A DNA stretch of 64,000 nucleotides, taken from positions 910 through 64,909 of the forward strand of contig JBBCAX010000094.1 in the NCBI GenBank assembly GCA_051382335.1, read 5' to 3'. Within the stretch, counting starts at the first letter, position 1; each line of letters begins with the position of its first letter. A program made the translations under genes and the position numbers. Under the pieces are notes generated by a model that was not told where the DNA came from, did no database searches, and saw only the letters and a program-made list of their open reading frames with translations. Positions 19,215 through 28,497 of the stretch are shown one piece after another. The DNA comes from Deltaproteobacteria bacterium TL4 (GTDB taxonomy: Bacteria; SAR324; NAC60-12).

Positions 19215-19332
19215 GGGGTCCTCACATTAAAATGGAGGTTTACTTTTGAACAATAATAACCTGAAATCCAGTGTATCCATATTTTAAACCATATTCAAAT
19301 CACCTGCACAGCTCGAACTATTTCTGGTCATC

Positions 19333-19430
19333 TATAGACTTTCAGATAAGTCTTTCCTGGGAACGCGGGCATTTTACCCGCAAAAGCAGGCGGGACGCCT
19401 GCGCTCCCAGCACAAAATACTTTTCTGAAA
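19333..19430. repeat. E-family repeat, copy E1 (about 100 nt; TATAGACTTTCAGATAAGTCTTTCCTGGGAACGCGGGCA... with nested hairpins)
   Basis: About 75% identical to 51338-51415. Contains GCGGG..CCCGC and GCAGGCG..CGCCTGC stems inside an outer GGGAACGC/GCGCTCCC stem. Confidence 0.5.
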
Positions 19431-19557
19431 CACTATCAGTTGATCAAAGTAGCTCATTTGTCTTCCTTACAATGTATTTGAAATTCTGAAAAGCTGTAAA
19501 GGAGGAGGCTCATACCCACAAATCCTTTAAAATCCAGGTTCTATTTTGGAAAGATGT

Positions 19558-22125
19558 CTATTGATATCCAAGGATTTTTAGAAGTTTCTTTGTGTTTTCA
19601 ATCAGGATTTCCGTTTTTAATTTGTCAGCATCGCTCTCTTCTCTTCCTACTTGCAATTGTTGCAGTTGAGAGGAAAAGTTATTGAGTTCCTGAACAGTTT
19701 TGATGATATTTGCTTCAAAGATACTATTCATCTGCTTGAAGATCAGCCTTTTTTTCTGGGGGTTGAGGTTTCCTAAACTGGACATCATGTTTTTGAAATC
19801 AAGTTTCGGAGTTTCCGTGATCAGTACGTCAACATAAGGATTCATATCAATCCCATAGGTTGAGCCAATGCCTTTAATTTCGCCCACAATGACCTCAAAG
19901 GTTGGGCGCGTTGAAAGTTCGTCTTTGCTCTCATCTTTCTTTTTTAATCGCTCTAAAGTTTTGATGAGTTCACTCAGTACAAATCGCCATTTGGTATATG
20001 CTTTATTACTCCGCTCTTCCACAGGCATATCGGGGTAATCCATGCCTAATTGACGCAAGATAAAATTATAGATTTTTTTGGACAACTGCGCAGAATTGAT
20101 ACTTTCTTCAGCATTTGATGGTAGCCCTAAGGTATTGCTTAAATACAATTGGATACTGGCTTGTTGTTCTGAATTAAAATCAGTAGAGGTGGATTCAAAG
20201 GCTTTGACTTTTTTTTCTAAGCGAACGACTTGATCCAGCTCTGAAAGTTTTTGAAAGATACGATCTCGTTCAAAAAGCAAAAAACTGAGATAAGCGATAT
20301 GCTGATTGAGCAGCCATTGCATCAAGGGGACATGGTGTAAAACAAAATCAGCGTCATTGGCTCTTTTGTCCCGGATCCAGGGAAATTCTGAAGCTAAAAC
20401 GACTAACAGGAGATACTCTTTATTAATGCCTCCGGTTTTAGAACAACTCAACATGCAATCCAAGGATTGGTCCGAGATCTCCCATCCAGGGCCCCCTAAC
20501 AGGAGTCCCTGTTTAATGGCATTGATCACTTGGCCATTACAATGAAGTCGCACCCCCTCAAAAAGCGGAATCCAATAACACTTAACGAGCTCTTTAAATC
20601 TCACCTTATCACCCTGTGTCGCCTTACAAAGCAACACTTGATTTTTAAAAAAGGAAAAGGATAAGGGTTCTTCCTTGAGATGAAATATTTCCAGGAGTTC
20701 TTTAAACACATTTTCCAGTTCTGTACGGGTTTGTTTCACAGCAGAGCTTTTGATCAGATCTTCGATGGTCGGGGTCACACCCATTCGTACTTGAATTTCA
20801 CCGGGAACTCCTAAAATCCCAGTCGCTCTTTTTTCAAAAGCGGGAAATCCCTTGAGCAGTTTTGCAAGATTTGTTGCCACTTTTCGTGAGGTATCTTCGC
20901 TTGGAGCTTTTTGTTCAACGACACCAGCGAATTTTTTTTCTGCCATTTCCAAAAAGGACTGCATCTTGGCAACCGAACCATTAAATTGATTTTCACACTC
21001 CGCGGCAATGGCGGCTAACCTCTGGGCGACTTGAGCCAGCATCCGTTTGGGATGGTCAATATTATAATAAGCCTCAAAGGACTCTAGATACCGTTGCAGT
21101 TCAAATTCATTGGAATGTTCCCCTTTTCCGAAAAAACTACTGAGGACTGGTACCGCTGTGGCCTTAGGATCGTGAGGATGGTGTTTCGGCTTAAATTTTG
21201 ATTCAATGCCTCGTATCAATCGGCTTAAACGCAGATGATAATTCCGAGGGTTGAATAATTCCAAATCCTTAATATGTATCGGAAGTGATTCGGCAGGCAG
21301 CAATTGAGTGAGATGAGAACTTAGTTGAGTCAGCCAGGTTTTCCATATTAAATGTTTCCGTAAGATATAATCAGAATCGCTGCCCTTATAGGCGTTCCGT
21401 GGAAATTTGGCATCCAGGCTTGTCCATAATCCGTCCCTGAAGGTTTGGATGTTCAGAGGCACACTATCAGGCCAGGAGAAACCGAGCTCTTTACTTACAA
21501 ATTTTTTAATACTTGCCCAGATATTATCGTCCCAATTCAGATCTTTTTTATTGTCCAATACTTTAGCAATAACGGCGCTGTTGGCAAAATTCAAATTGAT
21601 GTTAACGGTTTCCCATAAGTTTTTCTGCAGGTAGATGTAGTTGAAGAGTCGCTGTTGGATGGCTTGAAAGAGGTGTGAAAAAATCAGGACTTCCTGAATG
21701 AAGTGTTCATCAGGAATGGCTTTATCTCCAAAATTTTTAATGAAACGTCCCATGGGGATTTTAATACAAGGAATCGTTTCACCTTTTGCAACCTGAATGG
21801 TTGCCGCACGGATAGATTTGGGTTCTACTAAGGCTTTATCTCCTAAAAGGGTGGGTCCTTCCATTTGCACGACAACTCGACCATTAACCAACACATCCGC
21901 TTTCCCCTCACATAACAGGAACATGTCCCGACCCGGTTCCCCCTGCCGTATGATTTCATAGCTATCAGAAAAAAATCCAAATTCCAGTTGGTTTATTAGC
22001 TTGTCCCCCAATATTTCCAAGCAGGACCTCGTCAAAGGATAAGCTTGCAGCAACGTCGTCGCATATGCGCTTGCGCTTTTTTCTGCTTGTAGAAATGAAT
22101 AATATTGATTTTTATTCCAATTCAT
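19558..22125 (-). CDS. Large soluble protein (855 aa) with N-terminal cyclic-nucleotide-binding (CAP-like) domain and a roughly 700 aa uncharacterised alpha-rich region
   Basis: cNMP-binding signature ...YEIIRQGEPGRDMFLLCEGKADVLVNGRVVVQMEGPTLLGDKALV...RAATIQV. No TM and no known output domain recognised. Confidence 0.7.
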   Translation of the reverse strand: MNWNKNQYYSFLQAEKSASAYATTLLQAYPLTRSCLEILGDKLINQLEFGFFSDSYEIIRQGEPGRDMFLLCEGKADVLVNGRVVVQMEGPTLLGDKALVEPKSIRAATIQVAKGETIPCIKIPMGRFIKNFGDKAIPDEHFIQEVLIFSHLFQAIQQRLFNYIYLQKNLWETVNINLNFANSAVIAKVLDNKKDLNWDDNIWASIKKFVSKELGFSWPDSVPLNIQTFRDGLWTSLDAKFPRNAYKGSDSDYILRKHLIWKTWLTQLSSHLTQLLPAESLPIHIKDLELFNPRNYHLRLSRLIRGIESKFKPKHHPHDPKATAVPVLSSFFGKGEHSNEFELQRYLESFEAYYNIDHPKRMLAQVAQRLAAIAAECENQFNGSVAKMQSFLEMAEKKFAGVVEQKAPSEDTSRKVATNLAKLLKGFPAFEKRATGILGVPGEIQVRMGVTPTIEDLIKSSAVKQTRTELENVFKELLEIFHLKEEPLSFSFFKNQVLLCKATQGDKVRFKELVKCYWIPLFEGVRLHCNGQVINAIKQGLLLGGPGWEISDQSLDCMLSCSKTGGINKEYLLLVVLASEFPWIRDKRANDADFVLHHVPLMQWLLNQHIAYLSFLLFERDRIFQKLSELDQVVRLEKKVKAFESTSTDFNSEQQASIQLYLSNTLGLPSNAEESINSAQLSKKIYNFILRQLGMDYPDMPVEERSNKAYTKWRFVLSELIKTLERLKKKDESKDELSTRPTFEVIVGEIKGIGSTYGIDMNPYVDVLITETPKLDFKNMMSSLGNLNPQKKRLIFKQMNSIFEANIIKTVQELNNFSSQLQQLQVGREESDADKLKTEILIENTKKLLKILGYQ

Positions 22126-22388
22126 AACTGAAACTTATCATCGTCATGGGGACCAGGTTGATTGCCGAAAAAGCCTGTTATACTTCCGCTATGAGTAGAG
22201 ATTATGCAGGATATTTACCATTCTGAAGGACATTTCCGCAATCCCTTCCATATTTTCTGATATTCTTGGAAAAGAAACGCAGAGTTTGGCATACCGCATC
22301 CTCTGAGGCACATCATGTCTTGGTATCAAGCCGCCATGACAAACAAGTTCCGCATCACCTTGGAGATTGTCTGTTTGAGGAAAGAATA

Positions 22389-22790
22389 TCAGCCATCAAT
22401 ATTAAATTTCTGAATGAGAAAATCATCATATTCATCGGCCAGGATTGCAATACAGGCGATCATCCACTCCAGTTCCTCAGGGTCTAAGCCCTGTACCGGC
22501 CGAACAAAACTTAAGATCAAGTGTTTATTTCGAATACCAAAAGAGGCACCCTTGAGTTTAAAACTTCCGTTGAGTTGAAGCACGTATTGATTCAGTTCAT
22601 GATTCAATTCGTTTAAATTAAGCAGATTTGCAGCAACAATGAGCTCCGCATCCTCGTCTAAAGAGGTTAAGAAAATTTGGACTTTGACAGAACCGTTAAC
22701 GATCCACCATTCTGTATCGGCGACAAATCCTTTATCCGCTTCACCACAGTTTTTTAAAAAATCAGAAATAAGAGCGCTATATTCGTTCAC
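22389..22790 (-). CDS. YbjN-like domain protein (putative sensory-transduction regulator / chaperone-like)
   Basis: 133 aa acidic protein with YbjN-like size and hydrophobic pattern. The assignment is by resemblance only. Confidence 0.4.
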   Translation of the reverse strand: MNEYSALISDFLKNCGEADKGFVADTEWWIVNGSVKVQIFLTSLDEDAELIVAANLLNLNELNHELNQYVLQLNGSFKLKGASFGIRNKHLILSFVRPVQGLDPEELEWMIACIAILADEYDDFLIQKFNIDG

Positions 22791-22817
22791 AGAAATCTCC
22801 TTTTACGAAACCAAAGG

Positions 22818-23897
22818 TTATTCATTAAATTCATCGGGAGGATGAGAAAGGTATGGAAGAAAACGTTCTTTTGACATGGCTTTGTCAAAGGCGGCCTCTG
22901 CACTAATCCACCCTCGGTTCAAGAGTTCTTCTATCGCATCATCCAACAATTGATTGCCTTGTTTCTTCTGCGTTTGCATGATGGAAACCAACTGGTAGGT
23001 TTTACCATCCCGAATCATTGAGCTAACGGCAGAATTACAGACCAAGATTTCCAATGCGGCGCAACGTCCTTGTCCATCTTCTCGTTTAAACAAGTTTTGC
23101 GCCACAATCAATTTGAGGGATTCAGACAGAGTGGTTCGAATCTTTGCTTGTTGATTCGCTGGAAAAACATCAATGATCCGGTCGATGGTCTTGGGAGCAC
23201 TTTGTGTGTGCAGCGTTCCAAAAACCAGGTGACCTGTTGAGGCGGCTTCCAAGGCCAATTCGACGGTTTCCAAGTCTCTCATTTCTCCGACAAGAATGAT
23301 GTCAGGATCTTCTCTTAAGGCGGCTCTCAAGGCTGAGGCAAAACTCTGTGTATGTTTTCCGACTTCCCGGTGATTGATCAGGCAACTTTGACTTTGATGG
23401 ACAAATTCAATCGGATCTTCAATGGTAAGAATGTGATCTTTTCTCACTTTATTAGCATAATCGATAATGGCTGCCAAGGTTGTTGATTTACCACTCCCCG
23501 TTGGTCCTGTAACCAAAACCAGTCCACGGGACAACATGGCCGCTTTTTTTAGAATTTCAGGCAACCCCAATTGTTCCAAGGTGAAAACTTTGCTTGGAAT
23601 TTCACGAAAAACCGCACCGATGCCTTGATTTTGCTCGAAAAAGTTACATCGATAGCGAGCTAAATTAGGAATGGCATAGCCAAAGTCGAGATCACCTTTT
23701 TCTTTGAATTGTTCTAAACGCTCGGGGGGAATGATTTCGTATAACATTTGGCGGAGTTTTGCATCCTCTAGCGTCGGATAATCAACTCGTTGCAAATCCC
23801 CATGAATGCGAAGCAAGGGTTCTTGCCCTGTGACCATGTGCAGATCAGAGGCCTTGCTTTCATGCATCAATTCAAAAAAGGGGTCTAATTGTTTCAT
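22818..23897 (-). CDS. pilT: Type IV pilus retraction ATPase PilT
   Basis: Walker A GPTGSGKSTT; Asp box DPIEF; His box HLVFGTLHT; AIRNLIRE-like region MIRDGKTYQL. 359 aa. Confidence 0.9.
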   Translation of the reverse strand: MKQLDPFFELMHESKASDLHMVTGQEPLLRIHGDLQRVDYPTLEDAKLRQMLYEIIPPERLEQFKEKGDLDFGYAIPNLARYRCNFFEQNQGIGAVFREIPSKVFTLEQLGLPEILKKAAMLSRGLVLVTGPTGSGKSTTLAAIIDYANKVRKDHILTIEDPIEFVHQSQSCLINHREVGKHTQSFASALRAALREDPDIILVGEMRDLETVELALEAASTGHLVFGTLHTQSAPKTIDRIIDVFPANQQAKIRTTLSESLKLIVAQNLFKREDGQGRCAALEILVCNSAVSSMIRDGKTYQLVSIMQTQKKQGNQLLDDAIEELLNRGWISAEAAFDKAMSKERFLPYLSHPPDEFNE

Positions 23898-23918
23898 AAG
23901 TTATCCTCGCTTCAGGAG

Positions 23919-24662
23919 TTACGACACTTGTCTTTTTCCCCACGCAATCACTTCATCTGCGACAGAGGGTTCATACATGAGGCAGGCGTTTACTTCGCGT
24001 ATTACCTCTTCTTCTTTAGGATCTAACAAATTATCAGAAATGGCAATTAACGTTAAAGTTTGTAAAATCGTTTTTCCAGTTTCCAGTTCAATCCCAGGCA
24101 TAGGTTCCAGGGGGTGACGTTCCAAGGATTGAAAAATATTCTGAACGTATTCGGCTTTATCGGCATCCAGTTCAATCATTTGAAACATCTGCTCGGCAAC
24201 GGCGATTTCATCGGCAGAAATTTGGCCGTCAGCGACAATCATGTTGGCGAGAGCGCAAAGATACCAAAAGCGTTGATTATCGTTGAGCTTGTTAATGAAA
24301 TTATCCATTCCCGTAACTTCCGGTTCCGCATCGAGAACCTCCTTCAAGTTATCGGAAATCATCATCATTTTTGAAAGGCTGGTCGCGTTTAACAATAGTC
24401 TTAAATTTGTATTATGACAAACCAACACCGTTTTTCCTCCTCTCGCGGTTGCTTGTTGATTGAGTGTACTCAACATGCCTAAACCATCCATCGGAATTAA
24501 AGCCACGTCTATCAGATCAAAGATCAAAGTACTGACTCCTTTTTGAATCAATGCAGTTCCTGCTTCAAATATGCGGGCACCTAGTCTCATCTCAGAAATT
24601 CCATGGATGGAGAGCAGTGCCTTTGTTTGTCCTGCATCTAAATACTTTACGTCAATTGGCAT
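23919..24662 (-). CDS. STAS (anti-sigma-factor-antagonist-like) domain fused to a TerB-like domain
   Basis: The N-terminal roughly 110 aa has STAS topology. The C-terminal half carries TerB-type ADGxxxxxE motifs (IVADGQISADEIAVAEQ; ISDNLLDPKEEEVIREV). Confidence 0.55.
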   Translation of the reverse strand: MPIDVKYLDAGQTKALLSIHGISEMRLGARIFEAGTALIQKGVSTLIFDLIDVALIPMDGLGMLSTLNQQATARGGKTVLVCHNTNLRLLLNATSLSKMMMISDNLKEVLDAEPEVTGMDNFINKLNDNQRFWYLCALANMIVADGQISADEIAVAEQMFQMIELDADKAEYVQNIFQSLERHPLEPMPGIELETGKTILQTLTLIAISDNLLDPKEEEVIREVNACLMYEPSVADEVIAWGKRQVS

Positions 24663-24683
24663 AAATCCTCTTTATAATTAACA

Positions 24684-26444
24684 CTATCGTAATTTGGTAT
24701 TCAAATAAGTTTCTACCTTCTCTTTTAAGACTTTTCTTTGAGAGAAACGGATAAACTGCTCATAAGACATCCGGGCTTCGGGTAACATTTTTTTTTGCTC
24801 ATAGACTTGTCCCAAGTAATAATAGGCTAAATCATATTTGGGAAAAAGCGTCAGGGTTTGATTTAATATTGCGAGACTGTCATCGACCCTGTCGCTTTTT
24901 TTATACATTAAAGACAGATTCACATAACTTTCCGGTGTATCTAAATCTGACGCCATGCCTCGACGAAATTTATTCTCAGCATCGGTCCATTGCTCTTTCT
25001 GCATATGAACCACTCCTGCGTTATTTAAAGTCTTAACGGATTTTGGATCGAGTTCCAAACTTTTTTCATATTGTTCCAAGGCTTTATCGTATTCTTTGGT
25101 ATTGGCATAGACGGCACCAAGATTATTATAGATGTCAGGGTCCTCCGGACTGAGTTCTGCCGCTTTGTTATAGGCAACAATCGCACTGTCCCACTGTTTC
25201 TTCTTTTGGTAACGGATTCCTCTATCAAACCATTTGGAGGCTTCTTTCCCGCGCTTGGCAGGGACAGGTGCGGCAATCACCACTTCTGTTTTCTTTACAG
25301 TTTCACTTTTCGGCGGAGATGGTGGTACCGGTGCAGGTATCGGTGCAGGTTCAGATGCCTTTTTGACTTCTTTCGCGACTACTTTTTCCTTCTCGGGTGG
25401 TTTTTTAACCACAACCTCTTCCTTTTTCTTGGGAATAACAGGACTCGCTTGTGGGTTTAATGCGGCAATGGTGCTTTGAAGATCAGGTAGATCTGCAGGC
25501 ATAACAGCAGAGGCTTCAATTTTGACAAGAGGGGTATTGGTACTTAAGGCGGCAAGCGGAGGTGGCTGTTGGCCAAAATTGAGATACCCCAAAACACCCA
25601 GTCCCATCAGTAACGCAACACACGCCGCTGCCCCCAGGATCAACGTCATTGGAGATTTTTGTTCTGCCTGGCGCTGCTTCATCCTGTCCTTGACAGTCTC
25701 CCCTTTATTTTCTTTAGGCGCTGAGAGTTCTTCCGTTTCTTCAGCGGGATCAGACTCAGGAGGCGTTGCTAGCGGCAAGATGGGTTTGGGTAAGGGCTGA
25801 GATGGCCCAGGAGCAGGACGTTCAACTGCCGGTGGAGGGACGGTTCTGTCAGGTTGGGAACTTTTTGTGGTCAAATCGGCCAGCGATACTCTAACTTTTT
25901 TGTTGGTCTCTTCAGGTTTTGCTACAGTGGCAAGGCCCGATAAACTGACTTTCACTTTTTCTTTTTTGGCAGGAGCCGCCGTTCCCGCCAAGCCGGAAAG
26001 ACTGATTTTTACTTTTTCCTTGGGCGCTGTGGTCTCCTCCATCTTTGGAACCTTCATCGAAGGGACGGGAGGCGGTTCGACCGTTTTTTCAGGTGGCAGT
26101 TCCGCTACTTTCGGTGTAGGCAAGGCAACAGGTGTTGCTTCTGTTGGTGTGTCAACACCAGTCCTAAGTTTTAATCGGGGTCCCTGAGAGACCTCTTGCT
26201 CTGATGCGTAAGTTCCTTTACCCGTAAGATCTTTCATGGATAGTGATATTTTAGGTTTGGAATCACTCCCTGTTCCAGAAGGCGTCACCGATGATGCGGA
26301 ACCCCCAGGATGTGGTGTGCCAACCGTGGGGGATCGTGCCTCTTTTGGGGCCTCTGTCTCCATTTTTGGTTTTTTGATCGACAGTTTCATTTTTTTCTGT
26401 CCACCTGTGGGTTTTTCTGATTGATCTGAATTATCGTTAGTCAT
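24684..26444 (-). CDS. Membrane-anchored Pro/Thr/Lys-rich repeat protein with C-terminal TPR repeats (FimV/PilF-like?)
   Basis: N-terminal low-complexity region with four copies of a K(V/I)K(V/I)SLSGL motif; one TM (LILGAAACVALLMGLGVLGYL); Pro-rich linker; about five TPR units (AYNKAAEL...YYLGQVYEQ). Confidence 0.65.
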   Translation of the reverse strand: MTNDNSDQSEKPTGGQKKMKLSIKKPKMETEAPKEARSPTVGTPHPGGSASSVTPSGTGSDSKPKISLSMKDLTGKGTYASEQEVSQGPRLKLRTGVDTPTEATPVALPTPKVAELPPEKTVEPPPVPSMKVPKMEETTAPKEKVKISLSGLAGTAAPAKKEKVKVSLSGLATVAKPEETNKKVRVSLADLTTKSSQPDRTVPPPAVERPAPGPSQPLPKPILPLATPPESDPAEETEELSAPKENKGETVKDRMKQRQAEQKSPMTLILGAAACVALLMGLGVLGYLNFGQQPPPLAALSTNTPLVKIEASAVMPADLPDLQSTIAALNPQASPVIPKKKEEVVVKKPPEKEKVVAKEVKKASEPAPIPAPVPPSPPKSETVKKTEVVIAAPVPAKRGKEASKWFDRGIRYQKKKQWDSAIVAYNKAAELSPEDPDIYNNLGAVYANTKEYDKALEQYEKSLELDPKSVKTLNNAGVVHMQKEQWTDAENKFRRGMASDLDTPESYVNLSLMYKKSDRVDDSLAILNQTLTLFPKYDLAYYYLGQVYEQKKMLPEARMSYEQFIRFSQRKVLKEKVETYLNTKLR

Positions 26445-26612
26445 AACTCTCCATGCCTAAAGTTGCCTAAACCGATGACCTCGCCTAACTAGCCGCTGTC
26501 GCTTAATTAGCTATTAGCAGTTAGGTATTAGTTTGATAAACACACTGAAATTAAATGCTTTTTTAAAGAGCTAAGACCTTGCGCCTAATAATTACTTCGC
26601 AACAACGACTAC

Positions 26613-27644
26613 CTAAAAATACGTAAGCCATGTGAGTTGCCACGTGGTCAACGCAGGAACATTCTGTCCTTCATGGATCACTGTAGGCTCATCAATTCTT
26701 ACTGGAGCCGTGTAGCTGATTCGTATTTGATAAGGGCGGACTGTAGTAGAAGATTCAAGCTCAGTAAGATTTCCATAACCTATTTCTACATGATATCGAT
26801 TCATGTAAAAGGCGTTATCCTGACCTTCTCCTCCTAGTGTACTCTCTTCACCTTGTGTTCGTTGAAGCTCAATCGCAACAAGCCCCTTATTGAGTTCATA
26901 GATCCAATTATATCGTAAATCAAGTATATTCCCGCCAAAATATTCGACTTCTTTTCCCGCCAGGGTTTCGCGGGTTCCCTTGAGCTGATTTGTCGCACTG
27001 ATTCTAACGCCACTTCGAAGTCTGGTGGATTGAGGATACCAGGTAAAATGCAAGAATCCTGTGAGATCTACCTGCTGTTCTCCGAGGGCACTCGTGTAAA
27101 TGCCTCTGGCCGTCTCCGTATTTCCTGTCGGAAGTTCGAGAATTGCACCTCCCCGGGTATGTAATGTATTACTATAGTGCATATCATATCCAGCTTTAAG
27201 CGCAAGATCCCCAAGGCCACTGATTTCATTTGAAGCCAGACTTTGTTTAATACGCTGCACCGTATCGTAATGAGGGTCATCTTCGGCTACGGTAACCGCC
27301 AAGGTTGATTTTTGGCTTTTTTGAACGTAAGGCAGGTAGAGCCCCAGAACCCAATCAGAATTTAATCCATATTCAAATTTAAATTCGGTAATGTTTTCTT
27401 TTCTGCTGATAGAGCCTTTCAAGCGCTCACGGTATAGTTGTTCACGAATCAATAAATTTTTTAAGGGCACTCGTTTTTGGGATCCTCCAAAGGCCTCCTC
27501 ATATTCAGGAACCCACTGAACTTGAACTTCAGTCTGCCATACGCCCTCGGGGATCGGGGTTTCACGTTCTATAGCAAAAGCACTGGAATTTCCAATTACC
27601 AGAAAGATGACGCCATACCTCAAAAACATTGTGAACTGCGCCAT
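26613..27644 (-). CDS. Putative outer-membrane beta-barrel protein
   Basis: Start chosen at MAQFTMFLRYGVIFLVIGNSSAFA (signal peptide). Alternating amphipathic beta pattern. C-terminal ...LTWLTYF with terminal Phe. Confidence 0.5.
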   Translation of the reverse strand: MAQFTMFLRYGVIFLVIGNSSAFAIERETPIPEGVWQTEVQVQWVPEYEEAFGGSQKRVPLKNLLIREQLYRERLKGSISRKENITEFKFEYGLNSDWVLGLYLPYVQKSQKSTLAVTVAEDDPHYDTVQRIKQSLASNEISGLGDLALKAGYDMHYSNTLHTRGGAILELPTGNTETARGIYTSALGEQQVDLTGFLHFTWYPQSTRLRSGVRISATNQLKGTRETLAGKEVEYFGGNILDLRYNWIYELNKGLVAIELQRTQGEESTLGGEGQDNAFYMNRYHVEIGYGNLTELESSTTVRPYQIRISYTAPVRIDEPTVIHEGQNVPALTTWQLTWLTYF

Positions 27645-27799
27645 CACACTGGAAATCCATTTGCCATGCCACTGAGAAGAATAGAACAAGGCCGCTCGCA
27701 CAGGATCCCCACAAAGTCTGGAGTCCATGTGAACAGAATGAAGCGTTTGTTTATGTTGATACCCAATAAAAGGGATGAATGAATCAAATTTCATAGAAC

Positions 27800-28405
27800 C
27801 TAAGCGTTAGGAGATGAATAAACAATCCAGCCTTTTTCTAACAAATGGGCAAGGATTTGTTCAATAGGAAAACCGACAACACTGTTATATGAGCCTTGAA
27901 TGGAGTCGATGAGGAGGGCTCCAAGGCCCTGGATGGAATAGGCACCCGCTTTATCCATCGGTTCTGTGGTATTGACATACCAGTGAACGCACTCAGCGGT
28001 CAAAGAACGAAACGTGACTTGAGTCGAAACGACATTGGAGATTAATTGTCGGGTACGCGTGTCTAGTATCGCATAAGCGGAAAACACGGTATGGGATTGA
28101 TTACTCAAACGGTGCAACATCCGGTGTGCGTCTTCTTTGTTTTGAGGCTTTCCCAAGATCTCGTGATCATGGTAAACAATTGTATCCCCGGCCAAGATGA
28201 TATGATTTAAAAACCGGGATGTTTCAGACTGTGCTTTGTCAACAGCAACACGTAGCACGTAACCGCTAACCGCCTCTCCAGAATGCTGGGATTCATTGAT
28301 ATCGGGTGAAAAACATTCAAATTGAAGTCCGTATCGTCGAAGAAAATCCTGACGTCTTGGAGAGGATGAGGCTAAACACAAAGGCCGAGTTGAAATAAAT
28401 GTCAT
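27800..28405 (-). CDS. maf: Maf-like nucleoside triphosphate pyrophosphatase
   Basis: LCLASSSPRRQDFLRRYG... Maf/Ham1 N-terminal signature. Lies downstream of mreCD-mrdA, as in many genomes. Confidence 0.8.
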   Translation of the reverse strand: MTFISTRPLCLASSSPRRQDFLRRYGLQFECFSPDINESQHSGEAVSGYVLRVAVDKAQSETSRFLNHIILAGDTIVYHDHEILGKPQNKEDAHRMLHRLSNQSHTVFSAYAILDTRTRQLISNVVSTQVTFRSLTAECVHWYVNTTEPMDKAGAYSIQGLGALLIDSIQGSYNSVVGFPIEQILAHLLEKGWIVYSSPNA

Positions 28406-28497
28406 GTTGAAGCATATAAAAAAGGTTGTCTCAATAATCAGTGATGAGCGATTGATACTCATCGCTCCCATTCCGGAATTCATCACTCTTGAGTTAA

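Noticed and set aside
23120-23145. tRNA T-loop-like GGTTCGAATC motif
   Set aside because: Lies inside the pilT coding frame with no acceptor, D or anticodon arm complementarity around it. No tRNA found anywhere in the window.
25071-26424. Several plus-strand ORFs with Gly/Phe-rich low-complexity translations
   Set aside because: They mirror the Pro/Thr/Lys-rich low-complexity region of the minus-strand TPR protein. Compositional artefacts.
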